From assembly GCF_016433145.1 (NCBI RefSeq), contig NC_058133.1:516757031-516821030 (forward strand): 64,000 nt of DNA, given 5' to 3'. The stretch is from Gracilinanus agilis (lineage: Eukaryota). This document shows positions 22,221-34,369 of the stretch, in pieces. Numbering within the stretch: position 1 is the first letter of the stretch; each line of letters begins with the position of its first letter. The notes under the pieces are model-generated. The model was given only the letters and a program-made list of their open reading frames with translations, did not search any database and was not told the origin of the DNA. Both the position numbers and the translations under genes were made by a program.

Positions 22221-24259
22221 TGTTCATCCACAGGACAGGGGCTTGTAGAGAGACTCCTTGACAGTGGCGGTCCCCTTTGCTGAGCATTCACCTATCTGTT
22301 GTATGCTTTGTTTGATAAGAGATTCCCTTGCCATGTGGTGAGAACCCCTGTAACCTTTTCTACATACCCAGTGATCAGACCCTTGAGCAAGAGGAGGCAG
22401 AGATTGTTTCCTGCTCATCCTCAGTTTCTGGAAATGTGATGGATGATCCAGGAATAGTGACACTGCCATGTGGCTTCCTCCTGAACCTTCCTGTCTCACG
22501 TGTGTCCTTCAAGGAGAGCTGCAGGGTCGGGACAAGAACAATCATCTGGTCAAAATCAATCAGGTTAGGTCCCACAGGATTCTTTCATCTCTGTTTCAGA
22601 TGCCAGGGAGATGGGTGAATGGCAATGCAAAGGGAACAGAATGAGAACCAACTGAGATGAAGTATCAAATCATTAATTAAAAAATACAAGAGCAATATAA
22701 GCCCACACAGCTTTTGTAGATCAAAGTGCCTCTGCAAGAGCTTTGAAATGGGGGAGGGAGGTATTCACACAGCTGTATCCAATCCAGCAAAAGGCCTCCC
22801 AAGCCAAATGGACTATCAAAGTCATGCTGGAGAATGCCTCCTTGATCTTGTGGGGTTCTTGTCTTTTCAGCCCACCATGGCCACTGGAGGGTCACCCAAC
22901 AAGAGACTCAATAGTGGCACTATTCCAAGGGCATCTGGAAGAGATGGCAACACGATGATCCCGTCTAGTGTGGCTTAGAGGAGCAAAGAGAGCCGGCTGG
23001 GTGGAGAGAGGCCACACCCGAGATCAGAGAGATGCCTGTTTATTTGCACCCAGGGCTCACATGGTGCTAACTTTGATCTCATCCCATGGAGGAAAGAAAA
23101 ACTCATTTGTACTTGGGGAAATAACAATACTCTATCGAGCATCAGCTGTCTTGTGTCCATTCACAGAGCCCCCAGAGAATGTCATCAGTTTCCCAGCAAA
23201 GCTAAGTGACACTTTTGAAAACAAAAATCAACATTTAAAATTCAAAGAGGACCAAGCCATTGGTAGAGAACAGGCTTAGCCTGGAACCATCATTTGACTT
23301 TGGCCATCGATAAGCTTATAACACAGTCTTTTAATGATATGACAGCTAGAAAGACCAGAGGGAAGAACCTCAGGAACCCATCTGGGTCACTGAGCCAAGG
23401 GTGGCAATCCATAGACATTTTCAAATTCCAATTATAGAATCTGAGTCCCCAAGAGAAGGAAAAGCTGGTTGTCTCTAATTCTGGTTCTCCTTTCTCTGCT
23501 AGGGTGATGGCACTTAGATAAAACAAATGTCACTAAGGAGATCATCCTGGGAATGGGCCAGATCAACCATTCACCTTCCTGACTCGGCTGCTCCAGTGAG
23601 GCTGGGTCCTCTCCTCTGGAGCATGATTGCATTGCATTGAGGTAAAGTCACTCACATTTCCAAGCCATCGTGCCCTTTGGATTATAAGTCTCTTGAGGGA
23701 AGAGACGATCTTCTTTGAACTCTGTGTGTGTATTTGTAACCCCAGGGTTTACCATAGCTGCTAACGGCTAGAAGGTATTTAAGTTTATTGAGGGATTCAT
23801 GTTCTCCCATAAGGTCCATAGCCTGGCCAGTTCACTTAGCACTGGAGAAGTCCCAGTTGCCCAGTCTAGGACCTTGTCCTTCCCCTACTGGTACCTTTCG
23901 GCACGACTTGGCACGTTCACAATGTAAAATCTAGTCAAGGTACACTCATGGCAATGTGACCCGATGAGGGAGGACGATGTTAACCAGGAGACCGCCAGAG
24001 CTGCTGCTCTCCAAGTGATGGGGTGGGAACCACTGGCCTGGGTCTTCCAGGATGCAGGAAGGCTTGATGGCAAAGGTTCATGGAAATCTTTCAGACCTGG
24101 AACCTAAGCTCAAGGCCTCCTCAGAGGTGTCACGGTGCTCAGCCTCCGTTTTTATATCATTTGTGCTATGGGTTTAATATCTGAAAATGCACCTGGGCAT
24201 GTCCACCTTCCATAGGTAGACAAGGACATCCACAATGGCAGTGGATAGAGTCAGAGCAT

Positions 24260-24865
24260 TGTGATCATTAAACTAAGTCTGCACAGAGGTGAGAGCCCCT
24301 TCCAGTTCTGGGGGGTCTTAACTCACGTGTGCTAGAGGGAGTGACCAATCAGAACTGAGGCACTGCCCCCTGTGCTTTCTATGAGAAATTGTCTATTATG
24401 ATTGGACACGCAGGCCAGGGGAAGGCACTGGAAGGGATATATATGTGGCCCCTTCCAAAGAGGAGGGAGAGTGAGGCTGCCACTGGTTTGGTGAAGGAGA
24501 CCTGAGGGAGCTTCTCTGGTTCGTGACCAAGACTGTTCCACGTGGTGAGTTTAAAGACTGAATCTTCCTGAACTTCTATTAAGAAACTTCCTTTTATAAA
24601 CTCAGTGAATGAAGTTTGCTCCATTCACCTCCAGGCCTCAGGCCCTTTAACTCTCGGCTGAGGGTAAAGATCTACCTGGACTAATCAGTGGGATAGATTC
24701 TTACTTTTTCCTCTCTCTCTCTCTCTCTTCTCTCATGTAAATAAATTTCCATAAAAGTCAATTTTGATTTGAGATTATTCTTCATTGAGGATTGATAATA
24801 GTGCAATCCTCTGGCGACCACCTTTTAATATATTGAACCCATAAAATCCCTTTTTCCCCATTACA
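24260..24865 (+). mobile_element. Solo ERV LTR (606 bp)
   Basis: Starts tgtgatc and ends ccattaca. Perfect 4-bp TSD gcat at 24256-24259 and 24866-24869. Contains CCAAT-type boxes, a TATA-like gatatatatg and a downstream aataaa. Confidence 0.85.
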
Positions 24866-25179
24866 GCATGGAAAAAGTGGGTAGGAGCCAGTCAGGTAGG
24901 ACAACAAATAAAGTTTCTGATTTAGAGTCAGGAAACCTTGAGTTCAAATAGTGCCCCATACATTGACTAGTTGTCAAACTTTGGGTAAGTCACCTCCCCC
25001 CTGCTAACTTCAATTTACTCTTTGGTAAAATGAGGAGGATAATAGCACCTGCCTCCCAGGGTAATTCTGAGAATAAAAATGAGAAAATCTATGTGGAGCA
25101 TTCTGTGTTCTTCAAGGCACTATACAAATGTTAATCATCATTCATTATAATGATTACTTTAGGGACTTTTTTTTCTTGT

Positions 25180-26039
25180 ACAATTTTCTAAAATATTGGG
25201 CATCAGATTCATCCCTTATTGAATTTTTTTTGGAGGGAATCTGTCCTCCCAATCCTTTATTTTTGATTTTATTGATTTGAAATCTTTTTCCAATTTGGTT
25301 GTTGTTTGAATTTTTATCTTCTTTCCATCATTTTCCCCAAACATAATTCTACTTGGAGCATTTTTAAGATTTTGTTCATATTTTTATGAAAATTCACTTC
25401 CACGTTGGTTGTTGTATGAGCACACTCATACAAAACCAAAACTTCCAAATAAAACCATAAATACACTGATGTGAAAGATAGTCTGCTTTGATCCACATCC
25501 ATCCAATTCCAACAATTCTTTTTCTGGAGATGGATAGCATTCCCCATCATAAGTCTTTCAGAATTGTCCCAGATCATTGCAACAGATCTATTTTCATAGA
25601 TTTTATGGTTACAGTTCTCTCATGTATATAGAGTTTGATTGTCATCTTTCCAGAGATTCCTTAACCATTCCCATTCCTCCTTTGTTCCTTCTGATATTTT
25701 TTTGGTGATTTCCATATCTTTAATTTTTTAGGAGGGTTATTATCTATTTTAATTATGTCAAGAAATTTTTCATTTTATTTCTGATCACTGGTGTTGTTTT
25801 GTGTGTAATCAGAAAAAATCTTGAACCCTGGAACTCCATCTCCCAGAATTCTTTCCTCATGCCAAACTTCCTTTTCCCTTTTCATTTACATGTGTCTTTA
25901 TGTTATTGTTTATGTAGTTCTGTAACTCCTCCCTCACTCTCTCTTTTCCCACGTGTGCGGCTAGAAAAGCTGCTTTACTCAGGCTTTTACTTTGTCTTTT
26001 TATTTTCTTTTTATTTTAGTTACAATTAATAAATCTTAT
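25180..26039 (-). mobile_element. Old L1 fragments (3' UTR then coding remnants); continue at ~28045-28200 after the younger L1
   Basis: Antisense L1 text: atgagcacactcatacaaaaccaaaacttccaaataaaacc...tttttctggagatggatagcattcccc. Confidence 0.6.
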
Positions 26040-26055
26040 TAAATAAAATACTTAG

Positions 26056-28028
26056 TTAAATGCACATAAATCATCAGCATTTATATATATTTCCAACACA
26101 TTAGAGCAGCAAGAGGTAGAAAGAGAAACACCATTCAAAATCACCCTAGACAATATAAAATACTTGGGAATCTATCTACCAAAACAAACACAGCAATTAT
26201 ACGAAAACAACTACAAAACACTTTCCAAACAAATAAAACTGGATCTCAACAATTGGAAAGCCATTGATTGTTCATGGGTAGGATGAGCTAACATAATAAA
26301 AATGAACATTCTACCCAAATTAATTTACCTATTTAGCACTATACCTATCAAGTTACCAAAAAAATGTCTTTACTGAATTGGGAAAAACTATAACAAATTT
26401 CATTTGGAATAACAAAAGATCAAGAATATCAAGGGAAATAATGAAAAAAAAATGTGAAGGAAGGGGGCCTAGCAGTACCAGATATTAAACTGTACTATAA
26501 AGCAGCAGTCATCAAAACAATATGGTACTGGCTAAGAGATAGAAGGGAGGATCAGTGGAATAGCCTTGGGGTTAATGACATCAGCAAGACAGTGTACGAT
26601 AAACCCAAAGAGCCCAACTTTTGGGACATGAATCCACTATTTGACAAAAACTGCTGGGAAACTTGGAAAACAATATGGGAGAGATTAGGTTTAGATCAAC
26701 ATCTCACACCCTACACCAAGATAAATTCAGAGTGGGTAAATGACCTGAATATAAAGAGGGAAACTATAAATAAGTTAAGTGAACACAAAATAGTATACCT
26801 ATCAGATCTGTGGGAAAGGAAAGATTTTAAAACCAAGCAAGAGTTAGAGAAAATTACAAAATGTAAATTAAATGGTTTTGATTATATTAAGCTAAAAAGC
26901 TTTTGTACAAACAAAAACAATGTAGTCAAAATCAGAAGGGAAACAACAAATTGGGAAAAAAATCTTCATAACAAAAAACTCTGACAGGGGTCTAATTACT
27001 CAAATATACAAGGAGTTAAATCAATTGTATAAAAAATCAAGCCATTCCTCAATTGAAAAATGGGCAAGAGACATAATAGGCAATTCTCAGGTAAAGAAAT
27101 CAAAAGTATCAATAAGCACATGAGAAAGTGTTCTAAATCTCTAATAATTAGAGAAATGCAAATCAAAACAACTCTGAGGTATCACCTCACACCTAGCAGA
27201 TTGGCTAAGATGAAAGAAGGGGAGAGTAATGAATGTTGGAGGGAATGTGGCAAAATTGGGACATTAATGCATTGCTGGTGGAGTTGTGAAATGATATAAC
27301 CATTCTGGCTGGCAATTTGGAATCATGCTCAAAGGGCTATAAAAGAATGCCTGCCCTTTGATCCACCCATACCATTGTTGGGTTTGTACCCCAAAGAGAT
27401 CATAGATAAACAGACTTGTATGAAAATATTTATAGCTGCGCTTTTTGTGGTGGCAAAAAACTGGAAAAGGAGGGTATGTCCTTCAATTGGGGAATGGCTG
27501 AACAAATTGTGGTATATGCGGGTGATGGAATACTATTGTGCTCAAAGGGATAATAAACGTGAGGAATTCCATGTGAACTGGAAAGACCTCCAGGAACTGA
27601 TGCAGAGCGAAAGGAGCAGAACCAGAAGAACATTATACACAGAGACTGATATACTATGGTAAAATCTAATGTAATGGACCTCTGTACCAGCAACAATGCA
27701 ATGACCCAGGACAGCTCTGAGGGATTTATGGTAAAGATGCTACCCACATTCGGAGGAAGATCTGCAGGAGAGGAAACATATAAGAAAAACATTTGCTTGA
27801 ACGCATGGTTTGAGAAGGACATGATTGGGGATGTAGACTCGAAACCACCAACCCAATGCAACTAACAACAATTTGGAAATAGGCCCTGAACAAGGACAAA
27901 AGTTACAACCAGTGGAAATGTGCGTCGGCCATGGGTGGGGGGAATGCGGGAAGTGAAGGGGAAAGTAGGGCCATGAAGCATGTAACCATGTTAAAAATGA
28001 ATATTAATGTTTAAAAAAAGATTTCTTC
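26056..28028 (+). mobile_element. 5'-truncated L1 (ORF2 C-terminal part plus 3' UTR)
   Basis: [33 protein letters not shown] and CWRECG. 16-bp TSD taaataaaatacttag at 26040-26055 and 28029-28044. Confidence 0.96.
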
Positions 28029-28239
28029 TAAATAAAATACTTAGACTATTGGATATTAATTTTCCTTCTCATATTTGGTAAGCATCTCTTCTGGCTGTTG
28101 CCCTTGCTTCTTTCAATCCACAACATATTTCAAAAATTGTATCAGAGCTCCTCTCTGGTTTGGTCATTCCTTCTAGTGATTTTAAATGTGATTTTTAGTG
28201 ATTTAGAACCCAAAGGGGATTTAGTGATTTTTAATGCTT

Positions 28240-28428
28240 AGTTTTTTTATTTCTCTACCTTCTGTTGTAGTATCAGTGCTAAGATGAAGAGTGGTAAGGG
28301 GTAAGCAATTGGGGTTAAGTGACTTGCCCAGAGTCCCACAGCTAGAACATTATCTGAGGCTAGATTTTAACCCATGTCCTCTCTACTCCAGCCCTGGTGC
28401 TCTATCCACTGTGCTACCTAGCTGCCCC
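28240..28428 (-). mobile_element. Diverged SINE (SINE1/MAR1-related)
   Basis: gaagagtggtaaggggtaagcaattggggttaagtgacttgcccagagtc...ctatccactgtgctacctagctgcccc. Confidence 0.75.
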
Positions 28429-28509
28429 TTTTAAATACTTTCTTCTGAGGGTTTTGGCAGTTTGGTATCTTGAATGTTCCTACCACGACTTTGAGAATAT
28501 TTTTTTCTT

Positions 28510-28820
28510 TTTCTTTTTTAATTTTTAATATTTATTTTTTAGAAAAGTTAATATGGTTACATGATTCATGGTCTTACTTTCCCCTTCACCCCCTAACCTC
28601 CTCCCTCCCCCCCCCCATAGCTGATGAGCATTTCCACTGGTTTTAACATGTGTCATCAATCAAGACTTATTTCCAAATTGTTGATAGTTACATTGGGGTG
28701 GTAGTTTCAGGTCTACAACCCCAATCATGTCTGCCTCAACCCATGTCTTCAAGCAGTTGCTTTTCTTCTGTGTTTCCACTCCTGCAGTCCTTCCTCTGAA
28801 TGTGGGTTCCTCAGAAATGA
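28510..28820 (-). mobile_element. L1 3' UTR fragment
   Basis: Antisense of the L1 tail: atggttacatgattcatggtcttactttcccc...caagcagttgcttttcttctgtgtttc. Confidence 0.85.
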
Positions 28821-28866
28821 CTTTGAGAATATTAAAGAAAATCATAAGGTCATTCCTTTAGCTTTT

Positions 28867-28990
28867 TTTTTTTAATTTTTTTTAAACCCTCACCTTCCAC
28901 CTTAGAATCAATACTGTGTATTGGTTCCAAGGCAGAAGAGCGGTAAGGGTAGGCAATGGGGGTCAAGTGACTTGCCCAGGGTCACACAGT
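28867..28990 (-). mobile_element. 5'-truncated SINE1_Mdo-like SINE
   Basis: Antisense SINE 3' half. TSD attcctttagctttt at 28852-28866 and 28991-29005. Confidence 0.9.
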
Positions 28991-29699
28991 ATTCCTTTAG
29001 CTTTTAAAGGGCCTTTAAGATCATTTATTCCATGACCTTCATTTTATAGATGAAAAGGATGAGGTTAAAGCGACTTTCCCAAGGTCACACAGGTAACAAG
29101 TAGGAGAGCCAGACCTGACCTCTCATCCTTTGACTCCAGATCAAATGCTTTTCCTTCCATCTCCTTCTGTCTCCCTGAGTTCCTTTTGTACAGTTGTTTT
29201 CCGGGGGATCTTCTCTGCTGATGCTCAGTGTCTCAAATTTGAGTGTATAATACGGGGGAATCTCTTCTTGCTCTTCTGTAAACTCCTTGGAAGCCGAGGC
29301 TGGTTCAGTTCCTCCCTTTGTTTCCCAGCTCCCAGCACAGCGCCTGGCACATGGGGCTGAACAAGTGTTTGTTGTTTGGCTGTGACTGTGAAGAGAAAGC
29401 CATTGAGAAACCGAGTGTAGGGAAGGTCTGGGGCAAACTTCTGGCCTTGGATCAGCCACGGCTGCATGTGAAGGGCCAGTAGTGGGATGGAACCATGATG
29501 AGCCGGCAGTGGCCAGAGGGCGACCCTTCCAACAGACGTGAGGGGACCCTTGTCAGTGGAAGCAGCGGGAAGGCATCGGTGACTCTGGAGTGGCTGAGAA
29601 AGGAGTCACCCCTCCATGTGTGAGCCCCAGCTGCCCCTCCATGAATGTGCTGCGCTGCATATGTGTTTGTCTGCTGGTGTGGCTCTCTGCATGCTCACC

Positions 29700-30070
29700 C
29701 TTCCTGTTGATGTCATGGGAGAATTGATGCTGGAGAGCGGGCCCAGGGCTCCAAAGGAAATGCTGTCTTATGTTGCCATTTGATTAAATGCCTTTGCTTT
29801 GAAAAAATAAATCGATAATAAATCATTCCTGACACGGACTCGAGGGGGAGGGAGATTGCTTCCTAAGTCCCCCATCTTGTTTAATATGCAAATGTCTGGA
29901 TATTTAAAATTATTTGTAACTACATGGAAGGCTCCTTTTTCATGATTTCATTTTATTACCTAATTTCCTTATGGAAATAAGTGTGTGCTTCTGATCTTTC
30001 AAAATCCCTTTTTTACAATGGGAGACTAAATAACGCTCGATGAAGATGTATGGGCCGGGGAGCTGTCGTG
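29700..30070. promoter_or_regulatory. Candidate enhancer / conserved non-coding element
   Basis: Repeat-free stretch with tgattaaat (29781), aaatcgat (29809), octamer atgcaaat (29886) and several TAAT/ATTA cores. Conservation was not tested. Confidence 0.3.
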
Positions 30071-30621
30071 TCAAAGGGAAGGGAAGCAATCTGTTGAGTC
30101 AGACCTCTTTTTCCAAGTGTTTTTAGGGATGCCTTTTGCTTTTTTGTCTAGGACAATGCTCCCTGTTTCCTGATATGGTCTTCCCTCATTTGTGAGGTTC
30201 TCCAGAGCAGAGACTGTTTGCATTTCTTTGTTAGCCCCAGTACATAGCCCAGCATCCAGCACACAGTAGGCACTTATTGTTTATTGAATGATTGACTGAA
30301 CCCTCCTTTGTTTAAAAGAAAACTTGTTTGGTGCATCTAGCTAGGGGGTGGAAAAGCTCCATCAAACAGCACACACAATTCTGCAAGCATACATGACTCC
30401 CATCTCTTTGCTAAAAGAAGAGAAGACTTTCATCATTTGTTCTCCTGGACTAACATTGTTTGATGCAATTAATTTGAGTGGAGATACCTTCTGGTATTTT
30501 TAAAAATTACTCTGTCTACATAATTTCCCTGGCATTGCTTTCTTCGTTCTATATCATTTTATACAGATCTTCCCATGTGTCTATTAATTCTTCATTATTG
30601 AGTTAAAACTCATAATCATTT

Positions 30622-31563
30622 CTTTTAAAACCCTTACCTTCCATCTTGGAATCAATACTGTGTATTGGGTTGTAGGAATATAAGTTAGGGACATCCTGGT
30701 TTCTAGAATTAGTTAAAGGAAGGGAATTTTGAGATAACCCCTGAGAGAGGATCCTGGGAAAGAAAAGGAATTGTGGGCACTTGAACTGAAAATAACTGAT
30801 CTTACTTGCTTCTTGGATTTCCACCAAGCTGGAAGTAGGGTTTGACTCTGCCTGAATTTCCACCAGGACGAAGGAGGGGTTTTGCTCTGAGAAATTTTCC
30901 CTGGATAGTCAAGATTTTGTGGAGAAATCTTAGACTTTTGGGTAGAGAATTTGTTTGGAGGAAATCATTTTCGCTGAGTCCAAAGATCATCTGCCAGTGA
31001 TCCATCTGCCAGAAATCCTCTTGGGCTAAGGTAATCCAAAGATTTTTCATTTGAACTTTGGGTTACTTAGTGTAGCCAAACCAATGCTTTCCCCCTTTCT
31101 TTTGTTAATCACTAGTTGGAAGATTAGGATAGAATCAGATAGCATTGGGGGAGGGGGTGTTCTTAGGTAGAACAGGGAGTTGTAAGCAGGGACTATAGAA
31201 GAAACAGAAGACTCTCCTTTTTAAGGAGACTTAGAAGTTGGGTGGAGTTAGTTTCAAGAGTGCTAGGGTCCGACCTACCACCTTCCTTTACTTCCTTTAT
31301 AAAATAAACTTTGTTTTCCATAAGCCAAGGTTTTGTTCTTAACTGGCCATTGGGAGTTCCTAGATGAGTTGTATCATCTAACATCCCTTTCGGACAGTTC
31401 CCCATTAAAAGGTCTGAGGCAGAAGAGTGGTAAGGGCTAGGCAATGAGGGTGAAGTGCCTTATCTAGGGTCACACAGCTAGGAAGTGTCTGAGGCCAAAT
31501 TTGAAACCAGAACCTCTCATCACAGGGCATGGCTCTCAATCCATTGAGCCACCTAGCTGCCCC
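30622..31563 (-). mobile_element. SINE1_Mdo-like SINE split in two (30622-30670 and 31410-31563) by an LTR
   Basis: Removing 30671-31409 rejoins the antisense SINE text aatcaatactgtgtattgg...ggcagaagagtggtaagggctaggcaatg. Confidence 0.85.
30671..31409 (+). mobile_element. Solo ERV LTR nested in a SINE
   Basis: Starts tgtagga and ends ccattaaa (cf. ccattaca in the LTR at 24260). Near-TSD gggt/aggt; aataaa near the 3' end. Confidence 0.75.
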
Positions 31564-31574
31564 CCTTATAATCA

Positions 31575-31772
31575 TTTTTAAAACTCTTCCCTTATATCTT
31601 AGAATCACTATTATATATTGCTTCCAAAGCAGAAGAGTGGTAAGGCCTAAGCAATGGGGATTTAGTGACTTGCCCAGGGCCACATAGCTAGGAAGAGTCT
31701 AAGACCACATTTGAACCCATGACTTCCCATCTGTAAGCCTGGCTCTCTATCTATTGATCCACCTAGCTTCCC
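31575..31772 (-). mobile_element. SINE1_Mdo-like SINE
   Basis: Antisense tail to head, ending ccacctagcttcccc. Confidence 0.85.
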
Positions 31773-32029
31773 CTAAATTTCGTAATAATCTAATATATGA
31801 CCCACCTACTGGGCCAACATTTTCCAGCACTAGTTTCATCTGGCCTAATCTATAGTCTCCAAGACTCCTATAGGGAATTTCAAAGACTAGAACAATCTTC
31901 TACTGGGTGGTTATTGTTTAAATCTGTGTGTATCATTGATTGGAAAATAAGAATTTTCCCACTTAATTATCTAGTAAGATGGCATCATGAAAGGCTAGAG
32001 AGGAGCCCAGTTCTTGCCTGGACATACTC

Positions 32030-32280
32030 TGGCATAGTCCTAAGAAAGGTTGTGGTTATTCAATCATGGCTGACTCTTCATGACCCCATTTGAGTTTTTC
32101 TGGGATAGTTTGCTGTTTCCTTCTCTAGCTAATTGACAGATGAGGAAATTAAGGCAAACAAGGTGAAGTGACTTACCCAGAGTCACAAAGCTAGTAAGTA
32201 TCTGAGCCTGGATTTGAACTCATGAAGATGGGCCTTCCTGACTCAAGGCTCAGCACTCTATCCACTGTGCCACCTAAACG
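32030..32280 (-). mobile_element. MAR1-type SINE (CORE plus RTE-derived tail)
   Basis: Antisense RTE tail ctgactcttcatgaccccattt next to CORE gatgaggaaattaaggc. Confidence 0.75.
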
Positions 32281-32369
32281 GGTACCTGTTGAATAATAAT
32301 AAAAAAAACTGAAAGAGAAATAATAGAAAGTTCTTTCATCTTGTCCAGAATTATATAAAAGACAGCCAG

Positions 32370-33010
32370 AAACTAACAATCATTCCCTGCAGGGAAGCCA
32401 GCATAAGATCTGGTAAACATGACACAGGGCAAGCAGTGCCCTGACCAGAGTTGCTCCAGGGGCACCTGAAGCCTCCTACCCCGGGTGTGGGGGCTCAGAG
32501 TATTCTTATGGGGAAGCTGTGAGGGATACCTGAAGAGTACAGCACTCTGACTAAAGTAAAAAGTCTATAGATCACAGAGCACTCTCACTAGATATCTCCC
32601 AAAGGGCAAGAAACCAGCCAGCACTCTGAGCACAGGCACAAAAGGAAAGAAAGACATTGGCAGGAACCAGAAAATCAAGACCAGGACCAAACCAGACCTG
32701 ACGATGTCATCTGAGAACATAGAAGGGAATGAGACCTGATCTTGACTGAAAGTCACAAATTAAGAACCGAGGCTGGGGAAATGAGGAAACAGAAGACACC
32801 AAATACTATGAAGAGATAGAATGGGCCAAAATTTGTCCAAGAGGTAAATCCTTAAGAAAAAAATAAGATTTTCAGTATAAATACAAGTAGACACACAGGG
32901 AGAAGAATGGGTTTACCATGAGGATGATTAAAATATCTGGAAGATATTAAGAGATTAAAAAATAGAATAAAGAGAAGTGGAAGAAAAAAATAGAAGAATA
33001 AATGATTGAA
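32370..33010 (+). mobile_element. Old L1 5' UTR / ORF1-start fragment
   Basis: gaggctggggaaatgaggaaacagaag followed by A-rich coiled-coil-like text; resembles the marsupial L1 ORF1 start (recalled). Confidence 0.45.
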
Positions 33011-33199
33011 CAGAACGTGGAAATCCTTAGCCAACTACTCAACATCTGCAAAATTAGGACAGCCTATAAACCCAATGGCCCACACATCAATGAATGGAAA
33101 ATGAGTATTCTTCAACCATTTAATTTTAATTTGGCTTCATTTGTTGCTGCTGCTCTTTTTGTTGTTATTGCTGATGCCTTTTAGATTTTTGAAGAAGTC

Positions 33200-34320
33200 G
33201 CTTCCTGATAGATTTCACTCATTTGAAAAGCACTTACTATGTGTAAGGCACCATGCTATGTCAGTAGGTACCTAGGTCTGAGTCCTGATTCAGACAGATC
33301 CTCAACATCTAAAGAGGAACTTACTGTAAACAGAGTAGTAAAGACAAATATAAATCAATCAATTTAAAGTCATTTCAATGAGAAGACAAGGACTTCTCAG
33401 ATCTAAAGAGGATCAGGAAGGGTAGGATTAGGAGGTAACTCTTGAACTGAAACCTGGTGGGTTCTGAGATACTTTGAGATGGAGATAAGATGGGAGGGTA
33501 TTCCAGGCATGGGTGAGACCCTATTAAAAGATATGGAGGCAGGAGTTGAAAATTTTAGAAGAGGAATAAGTAGGCCAATTTACCTGCATGGTAGACACAT
33601 GAGGGGAAGTAACACAAAATTAATCCAGTAAACTACATTGGGCCCTTAATGTGAAGGACTCTAAATGACAAACAGAGGAGTTTGCATTGTATCTTAGACA
33701 GAGTAAAAAGCCATTGAATTGTCTTGAGAAGGGGGTGCTATGAGAACGAGGTCTTCATTTTAGAAAATCACTTTGGCAATATCTAGAGTAAGGGTTGAAG
33801 AGGGAGAGATTAGAGCTTCCAGTTAGCCCAGGAAAAAGGAGATGAACTAAGATGGAGGTCAAATGAAGACAGAGAAGGGTATGGATGAAAGTATTATGAG
33901 GGAGGCATAACCTATAACACTTGACAACTGAATTGTTATGCAAAGAGAGGGGGAATGAAAAATCGAGGATAACTGGGAGGTTACACAATGGGTGACTAGA
34001 AGGATGGTGGAGGCCTCAAAAGGTAAAAAGAATGGGTTAGGAGAAAGTAAATAAAAATGAATTCCATTTTGGCACTCATTACTGAGTTTAAGATACCTGG
34101 AGACATCTCCCTGCTTTTCTGGAGGAGACAATAGGTGAAGTGATTCTGGAGTGGGGGTAGAAATGAAGGCAATATATGTCAACTGGGAAGTCATCTTGCT
34201 AGAAATGACCAATGAACACAGGAAAGCTGTTGAGATCACCAAGTGAGAAAAGGATGTGGCTTTGGAATTCCCAATAGGAAGGGAGGAGGATATGAATGAT
34301 GATATAACAAGAAGTCTAAG
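33200..34320 (-). mobile_element. L2 fragment
   Basis: Long antisense L2-type purine-rich text, e.g. gaggataactgggaggttacacaatgggtgactagaaggatggtgg. Confidence 0.65.
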
Positions 34321-34369
34321 AAGAAACAACTTTGGCTCTCCATGAACACTCTCCCTTGTGATAAAGAAA

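Noticed and set aside
22375-22895. Minus-strand exon-like frames (LSLKDTRETGRF...; HKIKEAFSSMTLIVHLAWEAFCW)
   Set aside because: Only vague resemblance to membrane proteins; no ordered family motifs.
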